Part shown: positions 32,873 through 39,127 of the stretch, piece after piece
How positions within the stretch are numbered: position 1 is the stretch's first letter
Layout: the number at the start of each line of letters is the position of its first letter
Origin: Promethearchaeota archaeon
GTDB taxonomy: Archaea; Asgardarchaeota; Hermodarchaeia; Hermodarchaeales; Hermodarchaeaceae
Direction: 5' to 3'
Assembly (NCBI GenBank): GCA_048939245.1
Contig: JBHLPR010000018.1
Span: 1-39,127, forward strand
Length of the DNA stretch: 39,127 nt
Made by a program: the position numbers and the translations under genes
The notes under the pieces: model-generated
Told to the model about the DNA's origin: nothing
The model's input: the letters and a program-made list of their open reading frames with translations, nothing else
The model's database searches: none

Positions 32873-34549
32873 GTGAACAGAATGAACGTAGAAGTTCGAA
32901 TATCAGATCTCTTGGGCCTGATCGGAAAAGATCTTTCAATGGAAGAACTTGAGGAGAACTTGTTCCTCATCAAATGTGAAATTGACCGAGTAGTTGATGG
33001 GGTTGCTACAATAGAGGTAAATCCTGATCGAGTGGATATGCTTTCAACGGAAGGCATCGCTCGGGCATTAAAAGGATTTTTAGAAATCGAAACCGGTGCT
33101 CCCAGATTATCAGTAAAGTCATCCACCTGGCAAGCTATTGTTGATAAATCCGTGGCAAAGGTTCGACCCTATCTCGCCTGTGGAATTGTTCGAGGATTAA
33201 CTTTGGATGATGATCTCATCGCCGAATTTATGCAACTTCAAGAACGTCTCACTGGAACCTTTGGTCGGAATCGTAAACGGACAAGCATTGGCTTATACGT
33301 TTTAGACCTCATTTCACCGCCTATTCATTATCGAACTGCCCCACCCGAAGCGATTAAGTTCATCCCACTTGAATTTCATGAAGAACTCAACGCAAAACAG
33401 ATTCTTCGGAATCACCCTAAAGGTCAAGAATTTGGTGGTATCATCGCTTCTTTTCCACGATATCCAGTTCTGGTGGATGCTGAGAATAAGGTTCTAAGTT
33501 TACCTCCTGTAATTAATAGCAATGACCTTGGACGCCTCTTAGTTACAACAAAAGATGTCTTTATCGAAGTAACCGGCACGCACAAACAGACAACGCTGCA
33601 ATCTCTCAATATTATCATCACTGCTCTAGCTGAACGCGGAGGCTCCATTGAAGAGGTTGAGACAATCTATCCTACTCATTCTGAACGGTTACCTGACCTT
33701 TCGCTATCACAGCGAGAGATGTCCTTGAATCGAATCAACTCCATTATTGGTTATGAGTTTGGAGGTGCTGCAGTAGTTCGGGCACTTAGGCGGATGCGGA
33801 TGGATGCGAAGGCTGATCGCAAGAGGGTACACGTCGGTATTCCACCGTATCGGGTCGATATCCTACATGATGTTGATATTGTTGAAGATGTTGCCATTGG
33901 TTATGGGTATAATCGTATCGAGCCCAAATTACCAAAGACTATGACTGTTGGGCAAGAGTTACCAATGACAACAATGCTGCGGACCTTCCGTGATCTAATG
34001 GTCGGTCTTGGGTATCAAGAAGTAGTCAATTACGTCTTGACAAATTCACGTATTTTATTCGATCAAATGAATCGACCCAAAGAAAAGATAGTTGAAATCG
34101 CTAATCCCAAGTCGATGGAGTATCACCTTGTACGAAACAGTTTGCTTCCCGGGTTGCTAAACTTCTTAGGTGAAAATACAGCTCAAGAGCTTCCACATCG
34201 AATTTTCGAATTGGGCACGGTTGTTACGGTGGACCCGAAAGCGGAATCCTGCACACATTCAGTTCCACATCTTGCTGCCACGATGGTGAATTCGCGTGTT
34301 GACATCACGACGATGAAAGCTGAATTGTTCACTCTTTTAGAGAATCTTGGGCTCAAAGGGGCGATTAGAAAAGTAACTAAAGTTTCATTTATTAAAGGAA
34401 GAGTGGGAAACCTCTACGTGAACGGTAAACGTCTTGGAATGTTAGGCGAAATCCATCCCGCTGTCCTACAAAATTTTGGAATTGAAGCTCCCTGTGTGGC
34501 TTTTGAATTTAAAATTCTTGCGGATTGGCTTCCCAAAATGGGTGAATGA
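32873..34549 (+). CDS. pheT: Phenylalanine--tRNA ligase beta subunit
   Basis: NPDRVDMLSTEGIAR, SLPPVINS, PPYRVDILHDVDIVEDVAIGYGYN, RNSLLPGLL, GEIHP. Confidence 0.97.
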   Translation: MNRMNVEVRISDLLGLIGKDLSMEELEENLFLIKCEIDRVVDGVATIEVNPDRVDMLSTEGIARALKGFLEIETGAPRLSVKSSTWQAIVDKSVAKVRPYLACGIVRGLTLDDDLIAEFMQLQERLTGTFGRNRKRTSIGLYVLDLISPPIHYRTAPPEAIKFIPLEFHEELNAKQILRNHPKGQEFGGIIASFPRYPVLVDAENKVLSLPPVINSNDLGRLLVTTKDVFIEVTGTHKQTTLQSLNIIITALAERGGSIEEVETIYPTHSERLPDLSLSQREMSLNRINSIIGYEFGGAAVVRALRRMRMDAKADRKRVHVGIPPYRVDILHDVDIVEDVAIGYGYNRIEPKLPKTMTVGQELPMTTMLRTFRDLMVGLGYQEVVNYVLTNSRILFDQMNRPKEKIVEIANPKSMEYHLVRNSLLPGLLNFLGENTAQELPHRIFELGTVVTVDPKAESCTHSVPHLAATMVNSRVDITTMKAELFTLLENLGLKGAIRKVTKVSFIKGRVGNLYVNGKRLGMLGEIHPAVLQNFGIEAPCVAFEFKILADWLPKMGE

Positions 34550-34669
34550 GGGCTCAGCCACTAAGATTATAATAGGAGATATCTTAAGTAATTGAAGGGC
34601 TCGGTCTCATCCTTTACACCGAACGAATAAGACTCCCTCACAAATCTTCATACCACGTGGTGCAATACA

Positions 34670-35503
34670 TTGGCAAAGCACACAAATCTCATCTCACGGC
34701 TTATCCAACTAACAGCACTCATCCTCTATGCCTTTGCAGGATATCGTCTTTATGTATACTTCACAGACTGGATTCAGCCACCAGAATACATGATCTATGC
34801 TATCTTTGCAGCTATCATCATAGGTACTGGCATTTTGGTTTTCGATTCTGTCTTTAAACCTGGAAAAGATTATGTTGGCTGGGCTTTTCTCTTTGGCATT
34901 GGAATACTATCTTTAATTTTTGGAATTTTGTTCTTCTATTTCTCTGGCTTCGATCTGGGGCATCCAATCTTTGCGGTTCAGGAAAGAGTCTTTGCTTTTC
35001 TCATCCTAGGTATAATCATACTCATTGAATCTTTACTCGTGAAACGTGAAGTGATTAAAGGCGAGCATGGAGTTAGCTCTGACACCATAGGTCCGCTTCT
35101 CCTCAAATTCACAGGGATCTTTAGTCTAGCATTTGGCGCTTACCAGATGTCTTGGGTGCTAGTTCCATTCCTCCGTAATGTAGACATCTTCATCCTTATG
35201 CCACTACTCTTTTCTGCACTTGGATTCGTACTCACTAGCGGTCTTCTGATAATTTATGTTGAAACTCAGAAACGTCGACCACACTTCCGAATGCGTCGAT
35301 TCCCCCTTCTGATGAGCTTCATTCTTCTGCTATTGATTTTACCAAATACAGCCATCTATCTTCAGATTTTCATCGCAAACCCAGATTTTGCAAATATTGT
35401 CCTGATGAATTTGTTCCTAAACGCCATTACCGCATTAGGACTCAGTCTAGCACTTCTATTAACATCATTCTACATTGTCTATCATCCGACCAAAGCACGC
35501 TAG
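34670..35503 (+). CDS. Polytopic membrane protein, about 8 TM helices, unknown function
   Basis: Eight hydrophobic segments separated by short charged loops. Confidence 0.8.
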   Translation: MAKHTNLISRLIQLTALILYAFAGYRLYVYFTDWIQPPEYMIYAIFAAIIIGTGILVFDSVFKPGKDYVGWAFLFGIGILSLIFGILFFYFSGFDLGHPIFAVQERVFAFLILGIIILIESLLVKREVIKGEHGVSSDTIGPLLLKFTGIFSLAFGAYQMSWVLVPFLRNVDIFILMPLLFSALGFVLTSGLLIIYVETQKRRPHFRMRRFPLLMSFILLLLILPNTAIYLQIFIANPDFANIVLMNLFLNAITALGLSLALLLTSFYIVYHPTKAR

Positions 35504-35521
35504 CTTTGGTCTCTTCATTCT

Positions 35522-36061
35522 TTACAGCCCAAGCAGACTCGTGATGGACTGGTACAGTTGGTTACGGGTTTCAGGAGTCAGAATCTTCAGAGTAACATCC
35601 TTTCGATTCTTCAGCTCGACGATTCGGGGCGTTTTTAGCCGTAATCCAATAGTCCCAAGGACAGGTATTGATGAGTCTAGCGCTTTTATAACGCTGGTTA
35701 GAAAATCCGGTGCGGCTATTTCCATTTTTCCGATTTCATCGATAACAATCAAATCGGCTTCGGTTACTGCCTGATTAATGGCAGTGACTCCCAGATTACG
35801 GATAACATCAAGATTAACGCCATAACGACCAACAGAAATAGGGCTAGATTGATCTACGGATGCCATGATCTGCTCCAAACCTGTTGCAAGGTTTTGAATG
35901 AGAAATCCTCCTCGTTTCCCTGTTGGTAAACGGAATTCAGGAGTGCTAATGCCCCCCACCTTGATATGTTTCTTACGTGCTGTTTCCACCAGACGGTTTA
36001 CAAGTGTGCTTTTTCCACAACCGGGACGTCCAGAGATCAGTATGTTGGCTTTTTTCAGCAA
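35522..36061 (-). CDS. Nucleoside-triphosphatase, THEP1/NTPase_1 family
   Basis: ISGRPGCGKST, VGGISTPE, VGRYGVN, VIDEIGKME. Confidence 0.93.
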   Translation of the reverse strand: MLKKANILISGRPGCGKSTLVNRLVETARKKHIKVGGISTPEFRLPTGKRGGFLIQNLATGLEQIMASVDQSSPISVGRYGVNLDVIRNLGVTAINQAVTEADLIVIDEIGKMEIAAPDFLTSVIKALDSSIPVLGTIGLRLKTPRIVELKNRKDVTLKILTPETRNQLYQSITSLLGL

Positions 36062-36064
36062 TAA

Positions 36065-36565
36065 CTAGCTCTCTCCCTGATAGGCTCCTGCGTATGCTTG
36101 GGTTTCTTGGAGGAGTTTGAAGAACACAAGATGAAGCAATCGGGCATTTGGTTTCGCGATGAATCCATTCAGATTATACACTGTTAGGAGTCCGCGTGAT
36201 CGACCTTCGTAACCAGCATCCCAGACAGCTGATTCAATTGTGGCTCCTGATCGGAGTAAAGACGAACGTGGTCGACCAATTGCTATCATGTCTGAGGGGA
36301 TACGCACGGTTTCATTATAAGTAACCAAATAAGTTCCTGGATTGAGTTTGTATTGCCCATTTTGTAAAGGTAACTCTTCGTACGCAGGAATCTGTCGCTC
36401 TTTATTAGAAAAATCAACCGCACCTGGGCCTTTGAAAGTGAAGATTTTGTGTAGTGTTAATTCCACTCCATTTGGTGAAATCTGAACTGATTGGTCTATC
36501 ATATTTGATACAAGCTGTTTTTGGGCAATCAATTCTTTGAGCGTTTTACGATCAACGACAACCAT
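36065..36565 (-). CDS. Archaeal dUTPase / dCTP deaminase superfamily
   Basis: QISPNGVELTL, RPRSSLLRSG, AVWDAGYEGR, YAGAYQGE. ATG at 36565 follows an AGGTGG ribosome-binding motif. Confidence 0.88.
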   Translation of the reverse strand: MVVVDRKTLKELIAQKQLVSNMIDQSVQISPNGVELTLHKIFTFKGPGAVDFSNKERQIPAYEELPLQNGQYKLNPGTYLVTYNETVRIPSDMIAIGRPRSSLLRSGATIESAVWDAGYEGRSRGLLTVYNLNGFIAKPNARLLHLVFFKLLQETQAYAGAYQGES

Positions 36566-36696
36566 TATTGTAATCCACCTTGCCATTGCTTGAGCCATTT
36601 AGGTCTTTAAGCTGTCGGGTATCGATAAACATCAATTGAAGTCAAGGGTCCGATAATGGAAAGCCTTTTCCTGCAGTCATCGTATGATGTGGAATT

Positions 36697-37389
36697 ATGG
36701 GGGATTCCATTCCATCCACCGAAATCGCGCAGAAACGGCCAATCATCGCCTGTCCACTTTGTGGACAACATTTGCCTAAGGCTTCCAAAGAACTTCTTCG
36801 CAATTGCCCTGCTTGTAACTTCGATCTTGACCTCTTGCGTTCTGATACGGAACGAACTGTTCCTCAAATTGAACCAGCCTATCTTCCTCAATCGATCTTT
36901 TGGTTTATAGGTCTCCAAATTATGGGTTCAGGATTATTTGCTACAGCCTTTCTCCTCTTTGCTGCTCCCACCTATTTTTGGATACCACATTTGATTGCTG
37001 CAATTCAATTATTGGCGATACTAGTTTCAGTGGTGTTTGCTGTCTTCCTACATCAACGAAAGGGGACTAATCTGATTCGAATTGGTCTAATTGTCGTGGG
37101 GCTTATTTCACTTCCCCCTGGAGTTTGTGCCATTGCAGCATCGTTATCCATAGCGCCTGTTAAGCGCAGCTGCGTAATATGTAGAAAACCAATTCGATGG
37201 GTGGCTCACATCGACTGTCCCCATTGTCAGGTTTCTATGCATAGGTGGGGATTATGTCGCAAGAAACGGATAGAAAAGGTTGCAAAGATGCTTGGAGTGG
37301 AAGTTCTGCCTGCTCGCATCGAATTCACTTGTCCCAATTGTTTCAAGAACATGCAGCCAAATCAGAAGGAGGGTAATTCTAATGGCTGA
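36697..37389 (+). CDS. Zinc ribbon + 3 TM + C4HC3 (PHD/RING-like) zinc-finger protein
   Basis: CPLC-x14-CPAC; three hydrophobic helices; C-x2-C-x11-C-x2-C-x4-H-x4-C-x24-C-x2-C. Confidence 0.75.
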   Translation: MGDSIPSTEIAQKRPIIACPLCGQHLPKASKELLRNCPACNFDLDLLRSDTERTVPQIEPAYLPQSIFWFIGLQIMGSGLFATAFLLFAAPTYFWIPHLIAAIQLLAILVSVVFAVFLHQRKGTNLIRIGLIVVGLISLPPGVCAIAASLSIAPVKRSCVICRKPIRWVAHIDCPHCQVSMHRWGLCRKKRIEKVAKMLGVEVLPARIEFTCPNCFKNMQPNQKEGNSNG

Positions 37390-38209
37390 GGTGCACTATA
37401 CTACACGATTCTGTCCCTACTGCGGGACCGTAATTACTACTCCCACGAAATATTGTGAAACGTGTGGTGCTGAAATAACTTGGTCAATTAGCGAAACCCA
37501 GCAACCACCCTGGCCTTGGACGCCTAAATCAACCTACTCACTCACCATAATAACCTATGGCGTTTATTTCCTCATCACGATTGTGCTTCTCTTATACTAT
37601 CTTGTCTTCTGGGGAATTCCTCTACTTGATCTCGTATTCATAACAGTTGACCCTGGTGTCATTGTTTTGCTGACCCTCACAGAGCTAGTCTTTGTCATCA
37701 TACCAATTGCATTTGTAAAACGTCTCAATCTTAACCTTACCAAACTTGGAGCTGTGACAGGTGGAATTCTCACACTAGCCAAGGATTTGCTACTTGGCAT
37801 AGCTATTGGTATCGCGATGGTGCCCCTAATTCTTGTTCTTGACCTTTATGAAATCTTAGTTCCGGGGGCAGCTCCTCCACCTACTCCTCCTACCCCTATT
37901 GATCTTTTTTGGGTAGGACTGCTTTGTGTATCTGTGATTCTGGTAATAGCGCCTACTGAGGAAGTTCTTTTTCGTGGCTTCGTCCAAAATTCCTTAGATG
38001 CGCACTATGGACGAATTGGCGGATTACTTGTTGCTTCTGTTATTTTCGGGCTTGCACATCTAAATCCGCTGATTGGTATCTTCCAAACGATTGGTGGGAT
38101 AATCCTCGGGCTACTCTTTCAATGGCGCGGGAACAGACTAGCCGGACCAATTGCCGCGCACGCAACTTTTGATTGTTTAGTCATATTATTCGATGCCTTT
38201 TTCATTTGA
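37382..38209 (+). CDS. CPBP/Abi (CAAX protease, Rce1-like) intramembrane glutamic protease with N-terminal zinc ribbon
   Basis: EEVLFRG, FGLAH and HATFD motifs; CPYC-x10-CETC ribbon. ATG at 37382 follows GGAGG and overlaps the upstream stop. Confidence 0.9.
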   Translation: MAEVHYTTRFCPYCGTVITTPTKYCETCGAEITWSISETQQPPWPWTPKSTYSLTIITYGVYFLITIVLLLYYLVFWGIPLLDLVFITVDPGVIVLLTLTELVFVIIPIAFVKRLNLNLTKLGAVTGGILTLAKDLLLGIAIGIAMVPLILVLDLYEILVPGAAPPPTPPTPIDLFWVGLLCVSVILVIAPTEEVLFRGFVQNSLDAHYGRIGGLLVASVIFGLAHLNPLIGIFQTIGGIILGLLFQWRGNRLAGPIAAHATFDCLVILFDAFFI

Positions 38210-38221
38210 GAATGCCTCTAG

Positions 38222-39127
38222 TCAAAAGAGGCTGGGGAATGGATTTCCACAGAGGCTATAACCTAACCAGCTATGGGGCGATGGTCCTCGATTCGCCATT
38301 TTTCGTCGCGTGTGCATTAGTGCTACAGCGATTGGATCTCCTTCGAAAAGTTGTCGGATAATTGCTTGAGTAAATGTGGGCTGAAGCTGTTCCTCTGGTT
38401 GCCAACGTGTAAACACAATAGAGGGGGAACCTGCTGTGACAAAGTGACGGAGAAATCCTGCTTGGTCTAATCCCTGTTCACTGGGCTCTGGACGCCTACA
38501 GTCATCCAAAATCAGAATCGGGGCTCCTGTGAAATACGTTGTGACACCGATTTCAATGATTCTTAGACTGTCTGGCTGTTGAAGTGGAATTTCACCCTTA
38601 CGATGGTGAATTGTTGTGGGGGTTGACAGAAACAGGAGAGACCGGGGTTGATCTGTATTTGATGTTAGAAGGTTACGAGTGAAATCCCGTCCGAAGAGCA
38701 CGATGGGTTCAGAAATCCCTTTACGTGTAGGAATCTGTGCTAGGAAGGATTTGGTGATTTCTTCTGCAAACTCTCTACGGGGCGTTCGGTCTTCTGAATC
38801 GACTTGGACTCCAAGAATGACTGAGGTAGGACCAGCTGTGGCGAGGGCTTTTGTCTTTAAAGTACTTTCAAAAAATTGAAAATCTGGCACCCATGCCATT
38901 GGATATTTCAAGCCCCAGTATTCTTTTCCGTCAAAAATAAGTTCAAAGGGGACATTGTTGAGAAAGTCGTCTGTGATGAACTGAAGGAAACCATATGTGT
39001 GATTTTCTAGCTCTCGTTCCAGACGGCTTGGAATTAAACTCCGGTATAGGAAGGACCCCATATCTTTCAAGTCTGCAATGGAGGGCAGCTCTTTCGAGCT
39101 TCGAATAACTTGTAATGCTTCCACAAC
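38222..39127 (-). CDS. CHAT-domain (caspase-fold) protein, C-terminal part; N-terminus lies outside the window
   Basis: G..LY..LIP, D..L..VPFEL..DG..Y, ILDDC, F..AG..S....RW, A.ALM..R and P.SW.GY...GNP follow the CHAT pattern. The frame is open to the window edge. Confidence 0.8.
   Translation of the reverse strand, partial: VVEALQVIRSSKELPSIADLKDMGSFLYRSLIPSRLERELENHTYGFLQFITDDFLNNVPFELIFDGKEYWGLKYPMAWVPDFQFFESTLKTKALATAGPTSVILGVQVDSEDRTPRREFAEEITKSFLAQIPTRKGISEPIVLFGRDFTRNLLTSNTDQPRSLLFLSTPTTIHHRKGEIPLQQPDSLRIIEIGVTTYFTGAPILILDDCRRPEPSEQGLDQAGFLRHFVTAGSPSIVFTRWQPEEQLQPTFTQAIIRQLFEGDPIAVALMHTRRKMANRGPSPHSWLGYSLCGNPFPSLF

Noticed and set aside
34670-35503. Rhodopsin or GPCR-like 7-TM receptor
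   Set aside because: About 8 helices and no retinal-binding Lys motif in the last helices.
36607-36918. ORFs 36607-36918 (-) and 36656-36910 (+)
   Set aside because: Both overlap the better-supported zinc-finger membrane gene at 36697-37389.
37280-37381. Upstream extension of the CPBP protease ORF
   Set aside because: Overlaps the previous gene; the ATG at 37382 has a GGAGG site and directly precedes the zinc ribbon.

Overview
A gene-dense archaeal chromosomal segment of about 30 CDS. I saw no rRNA, tRNA, CRISPR array or mobile element. The housekeeping genes are archaeal-type: RNase HII, single-OB SSB, ATP-dependent DNA ligase, AsnRS, PheRS alpha/beta, XPB, Bax1/DUF790, dUTPase-like, THEP1 NTPase, and a tungsten AOR with its Fe-S subunit. 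Together with several eukaryotic-signature-like proteins (a Rab-like GTPase, two longin-fold proteins, a MIT-domain protein, a C4HC3 zinc finger), this points to an Asgard archaeon; the class is not determinable by eye. Best candidates for new biology: (1) a MIT plus degenerate-PLD protein with the domain order of eukaryotic MITD1, an ESCRT-III partner; (2) two longin plus winged-helix proteins resembling GATOR1/FLCN-type GTPase regulators, one with a candidate arginine finger and the other lying near the Rab-like GTPase and asnS; (3) a 1797-aa TrmB-like protein whose linker is expanded into about 1500 aa of coiled coil; (4) an acyl-CoA dehydrogenase-SCP2-MaoC fusion in a lipid/aldehyde cluster; (5) a membrane C4HC3 finger coupled to a CAAX-type protease; (6) sharp A/C-to-G/T strand-composition switches inside genes at about 2125 and about 22275. 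All family assignments come from motif recognition by eye. Comparisons to eukaryotic proteins use remembered sequences and were not verified by any search.
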